The notes: generated by a model from the letters alone, not told the origin. A stretch of 64,000 bases of DNA from Phoronis australis (GCA_002633005.1 NMRA01000113.1:273530-337529); one strand, 5' to 3'; shown: positions 23,921 through 35,924, counted from the stretch's first letter. Numbers and translations: made by a program.

Positions 23921-25441
23921 GTAGAAAGAAGTTGTAATAACTTTTTGCAACACCATTTCTAAAGTCTAGTGTTCTATTTACACCAACCTCTAGCCTATTT
24001 ACACTGGCACAGCATTTTGGTAGATTAGTTCACTAGCCATCTACATGTGAAGCAACATTCTTAAAAAGAGCTCGAATATATTGTGCACAATTAACAACAA
24101 CAAACAAAAATCCTTGGTGAGGCGACAAAGTGATAGGAGGCGAGGACGAGAATTTGACAGGCAAGACAGATGTGACATCAGCTTCATCGTCTGATACGGT
24201 AACATTAACTGAACTTAAGGTGCTGATTATTTAATCTTCAAAAAGACTCGAGGGCATATTACAATGAAAACTAACTATTGCTGTGAGTCAACTTGACGAA
24301 GAGAAAAAGTATCAATCATTTTTGTCAGACCAGTTAGATGATGTTGACAATATTTAAAGACATTGACCTTGTCGGTGATAAACTTGCTCTGACTGAGATG
24401 CGTCATAAATAAAGTTTCGTATTTTGGTCTTACTTGATTATCCAGTGATATACTACGCACTAACATGCCTCGTGATTTTAAAGCATATAAATTGGACCAA
24501 ACTGCAAGTAACAATGTAAGCCTTGTTAATCATAAATTATTAACTGCACGGTGTGTTCCTGGAGGCATGTGAATAATATGTCTCTACAGTAAGAGCTAAT
24601 AGTGTCAATATTGAGGGGTTCAGTCAGTATGTGCCGTAAGAGCATGAGAGTCTTTCAAAGTACGCAGGAAAATTAGAAATGACCTAATGATCCACAAACC
24701 AATTGCTGATGGTGCATTAGTTTATTTGCTAACAAGAGACTTGCATAGAATATCAACCATCACCACCCTTTGTTGGTGGCCACCAATTAGCGGACAGACA
24801 GCAGGTTTAGTACTACTTTCCATCTTCTCCAATGGAGAGAGTTGCATCGCAACACTAATGGAACATAACCCACCTGTTGATAAAACCAGTTTTTACTCAA
24901 CAATGGCCAAAGGAAGATGATAGACTCCTTCAAACCATAGCGGTCACACTCCAAGTGAACTTAATGTGTCAATCACAAATCATGTTTGTACTTTGAGGTC
25001 ACTCATCTAGAAGACAGAGCATGACCTATTCAAGCAGGTATACCAGATTGAGTTGGTGAATATTGACATTTATCAGTACAAACACGAGTTAAAATTCAAC
25101 ACTTGACATTGGATGAAATATTTACCCATTTTCTGCACACAGAAACAAGTTGACAACCTTTTACATTTGAATGTTAAGAGTGTATCATCGCTTGACTCAT
25201 TGGCAAGCACCCCTAGTCAATCATGGGGTTGTTGACATCACTATTGAAACAATCGGTAATACGTAGCAGTTAATCAGATAAATGACATGCAATTCCCCAT
25301 CATGGCCACTGGGTGCAAATAAAACTTATCATCACAGTGGCTGCAATGACAAGTTATCATCTATTATGACCACGAAAAAAGAGTTTTGACAGATTAATTT
25401 TGGAACATACCAGTGATTACAATCTAAATAAATGCAAACCC

Positions 25442-25964
25442 TCATCTGTGCCTATCACCAAGTGGGCCACTATCATCTTCATCACTTTCAAATTCCACAT
25501 CTTCATCCCATTCTTCTACCACATCAAGTTCTGCATCCTGTTGTGCGACTACTTCAGTATCTGTCCAGTCATGCGTATTCGTCAGAGCATGAGATCGTGT
25601 CTTAACTGCATGTTTTCTCTTCTGCACAAGCTTCCAACTTTTTGCTACAGTGTCACTGTCTAAAACATCAACTGAATCGCCAGAGTCACAAAATCGATTC
25701 AATAGCTTCTGCTTACGAGTATTAACTTGTCTAGTCATTGTTTCATAATCTACATCGTAAAGATCAGAGCGAAGAGTTATCTCACTCAAGTCACCATGTA
25801 GTTCTTCATCCTCAATGTCCTCACTTGTGTTCGTATCTTCATGAGTTCCCATGTCAGCAATTTTCAGCAGCTGCTCAATCTCAGCATAGCGTGCCACAGT
25901 TAAATCCTTGAGAAAGTTGATCTTGGGAACGTTGGCCAGCACTCGAAGTTGTGTGAGTTCATGC
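25442..25964 (-). CDS. RBFA: RBFA exon 5 (last coding exon)
   Basis: tttaag|G CAT GAA... HELTQLRVLANVPKINF... to TGA. Confidence 0.88.
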
Positions 25965-28900
25965 CTTAAATACAAGTGTTCAAATGTCCTTCAGTTAACA
26001 ACAATGCAATGAAGAACACCAAGAGTAGAGAACCAGTGCACACTCGCATTGGCCACAAATTTCCTTGACATTTGCACTGTTAACTTGCTTGTTGTGTGGT
26101 GTTACCTTCCACCATTGTATAAACCAGGAAATTCATTTACAACTGTGGATTGTGAGAGGATTTTTGATATATATTTTTGACAACACGACTAAAAGCTGTT
26201 GAAAAAGAAACTCCAGCAAAAAATTAAGACTATACAAATTAACATACTTTTGAATATCAATCCTTTTACGTTGTAAAAATGTCCAAGAACAGAATTCATA
26301 ATGACTCATCCAGTGCTCTATAACACTGACCCATACCACATTAAATCATTCCAGTCTATTCATAAATCAAGTAAACTATAATAAATTGAAACAACTGAAA
26401 AAGTGCAAAGTAATACCTCATCTTATAACAGTGTTCCTGGAGGAGAGAGTTGATCTTATCATCTTTCTCAGCTACACCGCTGGCCAACCAAGAGATGTTT
26501 ATGCAGTTGAAGTCAGGAGGGATCTCCACCTGCAAAGTGTCAACACATTGTGATCTCAGTGTATGGCTATCACACCTATTAAATACATTTGGGATAGATA
26601 GGGAAGATTTATTAACACTACATGGGAGCCTTCCACGTTCCATATTTCAAAGCATATTTGAGTGCCAAGTAACAGACAGTATTTTTCTTTCAAAAGCAAC
26701 CTCACCAACAAATCACTCGGTAACAACAAAAATTAAAGCGGCCATAAACCGCAGTCGGTAAACCCTTTGAAATAAGGTCAAAGTCTGCAGAGTGAAAGGA
26801 TAGAATCAAGTGCCATGCACACCACACTCCAACTGCACATCAAACACTAACCGCACACCACGAAATTGCAATTGTGTGAACACCTTTATCTTGAGAAATA
26901 ATGTAGCGAATATAACTGCACAGAAATCAAAACCTTCAAAAGAACTTATTCACTCGAAGATTCAACTTTTTACTTTCGCTTGTCACTCCACTATTTGCAA
27001 TTTTTAACCTACCAGTGAACTCATGAACTAAGCATTCACTGGTCTCATTGGCTGGCATTTAGGTCACTAAATGACATCATTAGGTCAAAAACTAAGACTA
27101 GATGATGGCAGACGATTTGATTCATTGTTGTTGGAAGAAACTAATAAGAGGCAACATATAATCAGTAAGACCGTTTGCGGTTTCATGAACATGTCAAGAG
27201 AATTTGGTTTGGATAGTACTAAAAAACTGAACAAGAATTTTCCTCCCATTTATATCCATATCACCAAGTGATGAAAAGCCCTCCAGTGGACATTTAGCTC
27301 TGTTTAAGAGCTGAGTATTGGCTACTATAAACACATGTTCTAATTTAGACCACTTGCCAGCAATAATATTGGTCTCCGCTTGTTCCTCACTCAGATTGGA
27401 AGTAATGTCTGGTTTACTAAAGAACTGACATTTCATTATTCCTTAAGAGCCAGGTCACAAAATGACAAGCCAATTTGTAGAGCCTGGTCACAAGCAATAA
27501 TAACGGTAAGTAATCTAATTTGAAGTTAAATTTTATAGTGGAAGGCTGGTTTATAGCTGTTTTAACAACAATGCTTTAATTAATGGCTGTCAGGTTGTCA
27601 CAACTGTTGTCTTCTTAACTGTAAATAGGGACCAGGGTAATGGTCTGATATAACGTGCCCGAATTTTGAGAACCAGTTCTCTCCACTGAATAACGGGCAT
27701 CAAACTGGTTCGCACGTTATATCAACCTATTCCCAACATGGTATTTGAATACACAATTGCATGCTCACCTTCGAGATTTCCACTCCATACTTGACCAAAT
27801 CATCACCAAGAGTTCCAGAGTTGATGAGAGCACTAACGTTCTCGTGAACTAAAGATCCCACCTGCTGAAGCCGTTTTGTTAGACCAAGACGAAGAGCCTG
27901 TTGATGTTTCAGAGAGTTGGATGGAGAACTTAAATGCTAAAATAGAATAAATCTTTTAAAGCCAGATAACAATGACATCACATCAAATGAGAAATTTAAT
28001 GGGGTTTGAGCCAGATAAACAGGTTACAGAATCTAATTAATCTGCATAAAGTAATCGATTTTGACATGCACTACCATTACTGTAACCATTATTGTAATCA
28101 TTATTTCACTGTTTAAAGTGGCAATAAAACAGTTATCCGTCAAAGAAACTATGGCAACTTTTGATTTAGGCCACTTAACATCATGCGATTACTTTTAACT
28201 TGCTCCTTGCTCAGATGAGAAGCAATTTTTGGTCTTCAATAGGAAAGATCATTTTTGCTTGAGACCATGCTCAATGAATACACTGACACTGTGACAACTC
28301 AACTTAAAGAGCCTCGTCTCCAGCATTAATAAACAGTTAGTCCAGAAATCACACCTGTTTTGACACAGGAACAACTTGGTTTTAATTGCTCTTAGACAAA
28401 GGTTGTTTCTTGTGATGAGAGGTGGGTTTATAGCTGCTTCAAAAGAACCTTTAAATATCTCTCTCAATAGAAAAGCAAAGGTAACGACCAACTGTATGTC
28501 AACTCTATGCGGTTACAAATTTTTTGCAAGCGTTATTTCATAAAAAAGCAGTTTAATGCCAGTAAAGTGCGCCATTCCGTTATCTCAAATAAATTGTAGA
28601 AATATGCAAGGGTAATCACGCTTACCATAGGACTGTAATAGAATTTCTTCTTCCTGAAAATAATACCAGAACTGTGAATTAATATGTTTCTGTCACAAAA
28701 AATACAAGGTTAATACACAGCCATTCACAATGACAATAATGCCTGTGCAGTAAGCGCACATGTGATCACAAGTACCTTGCGCTAAAGCCTTGAAAACATT
28801 TGTCAATGTTCACTGCAATGAAAATGAATTAACTCGGTGTGGAGTGCTGACATCTCGTCTGGTCATGCCTTCTATCATTATTGAACGCCAACATAGAAAA

Positions 28901-30364
28901 TCCAGTGATACTGAGATTTGAACCCAGATTTGGAGGCTTTAGTTAGATGTACATTACACCAGGAAGTCACATGATATAACAATCCCATAGTGCAACTGTC
29001 CGTTTAACTGAAATTCTGTTAAGCGGATAGTGTTGGTAGATCAAATACGCAATTCTCAACAGAACTAACCAGTAAGGGCACTAATTCATCCAAGGGAAAT
29101 ATTTCGGGGTGAGGGGGAAAATTCCACCTCCCAATCACCATCAACAACCCCAATCCACCGGTACTGGTCGGATATAGGGACCGCTTTATCCGACCAGCGC
29201 CATCGTCACCTGTGTGGGTGTCAAGTGATTTGGACCTCGAAGGGAATTTTTCAATCACTTGAGGGGAATTTTGTGGACATCATGAGGGGAATTGTACATG
29301 ATTTTTCAATATTTTTCAGAAGGGAATGGGTCCGATATTCGGCAACAATATCGAAGGATTGAGGGCCTTGCCAGCTGAGAGCTAGATATATGAAGACTAA
29401 CACTGCTGTCTCTTAACTTCACAGACCTCGAAATTTCACACCAGCTGCATGGTTCTGCTCGTCACCACACTGTGAAACTTATTTCAGCATGCGTGTGACA
29501 TCAGCAATACAAAACTACAAAAGGGTCTTCGTCAACATTTACCATTCTGCTGTAGTCGTAGCCAAGATTACCCGACCTGGGAATCGAACCAGCGACCCCC
29601 CCAAAACCAGCGAGCGTGCTAACCATTCAGCTAATAGGCAATTGCCCGTTAGCACGTGGCTAACAGTAACAGAGGCTCATATGATTCACCGGAAGCATAT
29701 CTATGTAACATCCCCCCCCTTTTCTACGGAACAGGCGCGCCACCAGGAAGGTGAACACCGGGTTGTCTCGCATACAGATCATTAACTTCCTTTGGAACCT
29801 TTACCACCACAACACACATGAACAGAAGGTCGTCTCTCCTACAGGTCCTCAACTCCTGGAACTTTTTCCATCACCATGCGCGCCATCCAAGGCCCCGAGG
29901 GTACTAGTTAGCGGTGCTTCATTGGTAGACCATCCGTTTGCAGAGATTACCTGACCCCAGAATCGAACCAGCTACCCCCCTAAAATGATAAAACCGGCGA
30001 GCGGGCTAACCATTCACTTCAGGTATAAGTATATTGCACATCATTAGCAACTTTGCTGACTCTAAACAGAGGCTCATATGATTCACTGGAAGCACACCTA
30101 CAGCACTGCGTACCAAACGCACACTTGCAATACACTCATTAGTTTGAACATTTCTTGCTACACAACACGTAACACTTACGACATTCTGCCAAGGACTTTC
30201 TTCTGCATCATACTTTCCGTTTTGCGTTGAATCTTTCGCGAACTTTTGGCCTTCGACAACCCAAAACTAGACACAGAGCAGTGAAATCCCCGTCTTTCCA
30301 AGGAAAGGAGGAGAGTTTCGCGAAATATCGTGCAAAGCACACTAACTCCGCCACCAGCTGCCAT
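25442..30364 (-). CDS. RBFA: Mitochondrial ribosome-binding factor A (RBFA), 5 coding exons, 338 aa
   Basis: Exons 30364-30180, 28653-28626, 27936-27769, 26529-26417, 25964-25442 have GT-AG boundaries and matching phases (1017 nt). The protein has a mitochondrial-presequence-like start (MAAGG...ERRGFHCS), then KKKFYYSP, RLQQVGSLVHENVSALI, VEISKVEIPPDF..INISW, MRHELTQLRVLANVPKINFLKD...EIEQLLKIADMG. These are colinear with my recollection of human RBFA. Confidence 0.9.
26417..26529 (-). CDS. RBFA: RBFA exon 4
   Basis: tgcag|VEIPPDFNCINISWLAS...CYKM-R|gtatta. Confidence 0.88.
27769..27936 (-). CDS. RBFA: RBFA exon 3
   Basis: ttttag|HLSSPS...YGVEISK|gtgagc, open frame, phase 0-0. Confidence 0.87.
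28117..28438. mobile_element. Kolobok-type MITE in RBFA intron 2
   Basis: TTAA|AGTGGCAATAAAAC ... GGGTTTATAGCTGCT|TCAA; same family as 50011-50346. Confidence 0.55.
28626..28653 (-). CDS. RBFA: RBFA exon 2 (28-nt micro-exon)
   Basis: ttttcag|G AAG AAG AAA TTC TAT TAC AGT CCT ATG|gtaag. Confidence 0.8.
29551..30105 (-). mobile_element. TRIM-size non-coding LTR element with tRNA-like LTRs
   Basis: LTRs 29551-29710 and ~29923-30105; outer TG...CA ends; 4-bp TSD CTGC (29547-29550, 30106-30109); PPT AAAAGGGGGGGGA on minus; A box TAGCTGAATGG and B box GGTTCGATTCC inside the LTR. Confidence 0.85.
30180..30364 (-). CDS. RBFA: RBFA exon 1
   Basis: ATG at 30364; ends TC|GTAAGT (phase 2). Confidence 0.85.
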
Positions 30365-30419
30365 GTGATAGGCCGGTTAATGGGTCAACACGCGAAATGG
30401 CCAAGCTTGTTTTCCCCAC

Positions 30420-30540
30420 TGCACTACCGGAAGAACTGGTGTCTGTGCGCGCGCAAGGAGGTCAAGTCGGTGACCTCTACCGGATGTTCTATCTGACCTC
30501 CTGCTAACCTGGTTCCCGGGCCTCACAAGATGACGTCACG
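30420..30540. promoter_or_regulatory. Putative RBFA proximal promoter
   Basis: ETS-type ACCGGAAG (30426), TGCGCGCGCA (30446), AGGTCA/TGACCT half-sites and CRE TGACGTCA (30531-30538), 60-170 bp upstream of the ATG. Confidence 0.45.
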
Positions 30541-30560
30541 AGGGTCTGTGCAGGAGACTA
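30505..30560. mobile_element. 56-bp insertion flanked by 9-bp direct repeat ACCTCCTGC
   Basis: Repeat at 30496-30504 and 30561-30569; TAACCTGG...CAGGAGACTA ends. Confidence 0.6.
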
Positions 30561-30567
30561 ACCTCCT

Positions 30568-30720
30568 GCCTCCCGTTCAGTAACGCTAGGACCTCGCTAA
30601 AAAGCAAGACTTCGCGAGATTACGTGAGATATTGCCGTGCATTTTAAATGAAAACACGTGTCTTTGACTAGGTTTAAGCTAGGTCCTAGCGTAGGTCCTA
30701 GCGTCTACTGAACGCACGCC
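30568..30720. mobile_element. MITE with CGTTCAGTA(G)ACGCTAGGACCT TIRs
   Basis: Imperfect inverted ends; a 40-bp deletion derivative lies at 37303-37342. Confidence 0.7.
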
Positions 30721-30819
30721 TGGTTTCGGGCTACCCTTACCCTCTGACACAGCGCCACCTATACAGCAACTTTCGTTTAGCACTGTGATAGAGTGTAGGT
30801 TTCGGGCTTGCTGTAATTA

Positions 30820-30921
30820 CCGTAATCGTTCGGGTTAACGCCCTGGGCGGTTAAATTGGGAATCAAAAAAATCGGGGGAGGGCGGTTAACCGAGCATGGG
30901 CGTTAACCCGAACGATTACGG
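30820..30921. mobile_element. Tc1/pogo-type MITE with TA TSD
   Basis: Perfect 24-bp TIR CCGTAATCGTTCGGGTTAACGCCC flanked by TA on both sides. Confidence 0.88.
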
Positions 30922-31777
30922 TAGTATGAGTTGACGCCAACAGGGTGATTTCCACGCCAGTGGACAACTGAGAAAGCGTGCACTGTTTACCCCAGACAAA
31001 GACTTTAGTATCTTTACCCAGAGTACCCACTTCCTCGGCGCATCAGGGCTTGGGTGCTGGTGTGCGGTAAATGAATTGGGAATCTTGCTTAATCTCAAGA
31101 TCGCGTATGCGAACTTGGAATACACGAGGAAACTTGACGTTCACTCAATAAAGGGCCTATCACGTTCACGTTGATAAATGTTTGCACTGCCACTAAATCA
31201 AATTACATGTTGATAAAATAAGGTATTTTTAACCAATCCTTTTCAACTAACACCATCATTGATTTAACCATTCACAACCTCTGATTCTTTACGCGTTAAA
31301 AGAGAAAATGGGTGGATCACGAGGCCAAATACAAAAATTCTTTACATGAATATAACATTTCACCTAATTGCCAGTATTCAATTCCAAGTTCACGCATTCT
31401 CGATCAGTTGAGATTCAAGCAGGATTCCAAATGTTGGCAAACACTGAGCAGTGGCGCCGGGCACAGATTGAATTGAGCTGTTGCCGGGCTTGTCCGATCT
31501 CATATTCAATCAGGAGCTAATTGCAGTCGTGTGAACAACGGAGCCCGAGAGTACGAGTTTCAAAGTCAAAAACAACTTAAAACACTCAGTAGGACTAAGG
31601 CAAACGACCAACATGTCCCGAATTTGAAAAGTAAATATTAACCGTCTTTTAGTTCGAATTTCAATGCTCTATAAAGAGAAATTAGTGAAAAGGTTTTTTC
31701 ACCAGCGCGGCTAATTAAGCCATGCGCATAAATTTGTGAATCGATTAGGACGGATTAGTCGCAGTCTGGCGCTTTGT

Positions 31778-32445
31778 CCCAAATAGCATCACTACGTTGG
31801 GCCGACGTCGCCATTCGTTGGCTCGAGGTCGGGTCGCGGTCGTTTTTTTTGACGTTGGTCCGACGTTGGTCGGCGGTCTACGACATACTGCCTTTAAAAG
31901 CCTGTTTTGCACTTCCAAGTAAATTCGACGCTTGCGATATTATTTTTTTAGTATTTGCCCTACTTTGAGTATTGTTCAGTCTTGACGTAGGACCAACGTT
32001 GGCTCAGCGTCGGGCACGTTTGACGTTTGGCCGACGCGGGTGCGACGCGGTGCGAGAAATCATATGTGGTGCTGAGTCCGACGTCGGTCCAACGTCGTGT
32101 CGTTGTCAAAAGTGTAGGCCCATTTAAATCATAGCGTCAAATTGCCAAAAAAGGGAAATTAAAAATCCGACTATGATTCAGAAAAAATATTTACTGCCGT
32201 GCATAAGTCAGCCTATTTGTCCTTCTTTGAGTATAATTGTTCAGTCTTGACGTCGAACCAACGCTGGCTCAGCGTTTGACGTTGTGCCGACGCGGGTGCG
32301 ACGCCGGGTGCGAGAAATCATATGTTGTGCTGAGTCCGACGTCGGTCCAACGTCGTGTCGTTGTCAAAATATAGGTCCATTTAATAGCGTCAAATTGAAA
32401 AAGGAAAATTAAAAATCCGTCAATTCATAAAAATATACTGCCGTG
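31778..32445. repeat. MITE 5' end (CCCAAATAGCA...) with GACGTTGG subrepeats and internal ~260-bp tandem duplication
   Basis: ~31965-32200 is repeated at ~32228-32445. Confidence 0.65.
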
Positions 32446-34376
32446 CCCATATGTAACCCAGCCAGAGCCCAGCGACCCGGGGGAGGCCGCCCGCTGCCGT
32501 TCTTTGTTCGCCTCTGCGCTCGTGAGTCGTTTTCGTCACACCAAATAATTGGTAGTCATTGGCAACACTCTCTAATTTCCAAACAGTGTCATCTTCCACA
32601 GAATTTGCCACCGCTCAAACTGTTCCCGGCACGCGGGAGTGGCTGATGGTAGTAACGTGTTCGGGGGGTAACTAGTGACAAAACACCAAATGTTAATTAG
32701 CGTTTAGTTGCCTCAAGTGGTCGGGCCGGCATTAATAACTGCACGGCGCTGATTCCGTAGTTGATAGCCGCTGGGTGTCTTAATCTCACTGACGGTCTGT
32801 TTTCGGCTTTGGGCCTCGGCACGAAGCTGAGTGCATTCAAGCTGAAGGCTGAATTGAACGAGGCTACGGGGTTTTTTTTTCCATTCTGTCATCACACGAA
32901 ATGCAGTGGCCCCGGCATCTACTGAGACCGACATAATTTTACGGAGCTCCGCATTGGGCTGTATGCCCGGCCACATGTACGCGTATGATGAGATAAACCT
33001 GAGTTTCGAATAATAAGGCCTATAATTGTAGTTTATGGGAAAAGAATGTATAGTCTCAAGTAAAGAACTCCGTTGTAATAAATACGATCGGGCCGGGGGC
33101 GTTCCATCTGAATGCAGATGAAGAGTATCCGGCTACGGTAGATCTCAGGACTTACTAACCTGGAAACGGCGTGCCTCGGCGGCAAGTGAACACTACGAAT
33201 GAGAGTGGTGTGCAATTGTGCTAACGAGGCCGGATGCAGGGGTCGCAAATTGGTGAGCGGTTAGGAGGGTCACGAAAATGTGATCGGTGTCGATTCCAAG
33301 GACTGGGAAGGACTCTCCGAGGCAATGCGCGCAGACTGATTTGCTTGACGAGTTGTTGACAAGAGTCAAAACTGCTGAACTCCATCGGCCCCCTACTTCA
33401 CCGAACTATGTACGTGACACTATATATCAACAGAAGTGGTACAAAGGACCACTAACTTGTCATATTCTGTGGAGTAGAGCAATCATTACGGCCGGTATTA
33501 GTTAGCGATGGCGACAGGGTGAATGCGAGGAGTTCAGTGACTGAAAGATGTTTGGTTGACTGAAACCTAACCCGGTTAGGTCTTCGCAATCACGGTACGG
33601 CTCTTGTTAGACTTCGCCAGATCGCAAGCTTACTGAGAATCCTTCTTTACGGCGTTTTCCCGTTGCCCCCAACTTTTTGTTCGATTCTATATAGCCCAAC
33701 AACAAGTTGGGAAGTTTACCCCCGCAGCCAATACGACTGATTAACACCATTCTGACATTCATGGTTGGAGGGCCAGCTCTCTTTTGTTCGACTCTTCATT
33801 GCCGTCTAATCTTCAAAAAGATCGTATCTAGCCAGACTGGGCTGTGCTGTTAAAAATAAAAGTTAAGTTATACTATAACATATTTGAACATAAACCAATA
33901 GCATTTCTGAAATCCTCGTCTAATGGTGATCATTGTTTGGTTTTTGAATCGCCAAAATCGCCCAACTGCAACCGAAGTTCTGAGTGTACCAATTCGCTCT
34001 GGGTTTGTCGGTGTTTACGCGTGGTCTGTAATAAGCCTGGTAGATAATTGGCCCGCCTGTTGTCATAACAGACAAAGACTTTGCTTGGCAGTTAACAAAG
34101 AAGCTAGATGTTATTACACGCTCAGAACCCCCTTCGTCTGGTAAAGTCACTGAACAGGAAAACGCTGTCATGAAGCCCACGAATAGCAACAGCTCACTTC
34201 AATTAATCTGAGACGGCGCCACTCTAGTGCTGCACGCGAATTTGGAATCCTGCTTAATCTCAAGATCGCGTATGCGTGAACTTGGAATTGAATATTCATT
34301 AAGGCAATCAGGTGAAATGTTTTGTTCATGCAAAGAATTTTTGACATCGAATCCGCATTGGCCTCGTGATCCACCC

Positions 34377-35924
34377 ATTTTTATGCGCCCACATATATTT
34401 ATATGTGGACGCATTATGCCGTCATCTCTGTCCGTCCGTCCGTCCGTCCGGGCGGCGTCCGGCGTCCGCTTCAGTGCTCTATCTCCAAAACCCTTTGACA
34501 TACGTTCATGAAATTTGGCACATATGTTCCATTCATGAATGGCACGGCATGTGCGAACTTTCGGACGGATCCGACTACCGGTGTGCCCCCTAGTGGCAAT
34601 TTTAGTTTTTTACGCTTACCTTTGTATCTTCACTGAAAAGTCCTGAACGGATTTTCATGAAATTTGGTATGTAGGCACTTATTAGTGAGATGACGCTATC
34701 CTGCCGTTTTCAGATGGATTCGACATAGTTTGCGCCACTTAGTGGCCATTTTTAATGTTTTCGAGTCTGTTTTTGTGCGTCCATCCCTCTATCAACCAAA
34801 CCGCTCAAAGGATGATTGTGAAAATTGGCATGTATATGCTTACTATGTAGAGGACGGTTGACGATGATTTTCCGACGATTTCGACTACTGTGGCGCCTCC
34901 TAGTGGCAGTTTTGTTTTTTTTCGCCTATGGCTGTATCTCCTAAACCGTTCGCAGGATCTTTACAAATTGTGTAAGTATATTTATATGATGTTAACAACG
35001 GAAGATGACGACTTTTGGTCGGATCCGACTACCGGTGTGCCCCCTAGTGGCAATTTTAGTTTTTTACGCTTACCTTTGTATCTTCAAAAGTATTGAACGG
35101 ATTTTCATGAAATTTGGTATGTAGGCACCTATTAGTGAGATGACGCTATCCTACTGTTTTCAGATGGATTCGACGTAGTTTGCGCCACCTAGTGGCCATT
35201 TTTACTGTTTTCGAGTCTGTATTTTTGCGTCCACCCCTCTATCAACCAAACCGCTCAAAGGATGATTGTGAAAATTGGCGTGTATGTGCTTACTATAAGG
35301 AAGACAGCTGACAATGATTTTCAGACGATTTGGACTACTGTGGCGCCTCCTAGTGGCAGTTTTTTTTTTTTGCGCCCATGGCTGTATCTCCCAAACCGTT
35401 TGCAGGATCTTTACTAAATTTAGCAAGTGTATTTATGTGATGTTGACAACGGACGATGACGACTTTAGGATGATTCTGACTACCGGTATGCCTCTAGTGG
35501 CAATTTTAGTATTTGCCTCTAGTGGCAATTTTAGTATTTTACATTGACCTCTGTATGTTCATAGGTCTTCAGGTGTATACTTTGTGTTACTTCGTGACTA
35601 TGAAGGAAAAGTTCCAAGTAGAAATTTGTTTCTGGCATTCTAATGCTGTGCTAATCTCGTATGTTGGTAAATTTGTTTTTAATTCTATGTTTCTGTGGTG
35701 CTTTAAGCAACTGGTGTATAGGATGTGCTTGTATTATGAAGATTATTCACATTTTGCCCCTAGCCTATTGAGAAGACAATGACCATGCCTTTCCATTTTG
35801 CTAAGTACAACATACTACATATATGCCCTCTACTGGCCACTTTATGGTACCAATAAACAACCCTAGAAGGATACCGTTTGCGGTGCAATTGTGGGCGCAT
35901 TTCAACGCTCTGCGTTGCTCTTGT
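34377..35924 (-). mobile_element. Second HINE copy, inverted relative to 12051-13137, with extra core-repeat block
   Basis: Near-identical reverse complement; block ~34565-35020 repeated at ~35020-35480; inserted into a T-run without TSD. Confidence 0.88.

Noticed and set aside
27194-27436. 80-aa minus-strand ORF as an RBFA exon
   Set aside because: Phase incompatible; exons 3 and 4 join directly to give the conserved ISK|VEIPPDF.
29560-29640. Functional tRNA gene (also 61900-61975)
   Set aside because: No acceptor stem or proper anticodon arm; embedded in an LTR.
32450-33640. GC-richer stretch starting TGTAACC, possible LTR
   Set aside because: No second LTR, PBS, PPT or TSD found.
34115-34150. 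Minus-strand hammerhead-like motif (also 30720-30750)
   Set aside because: CUGANGA or GAAA core missing.
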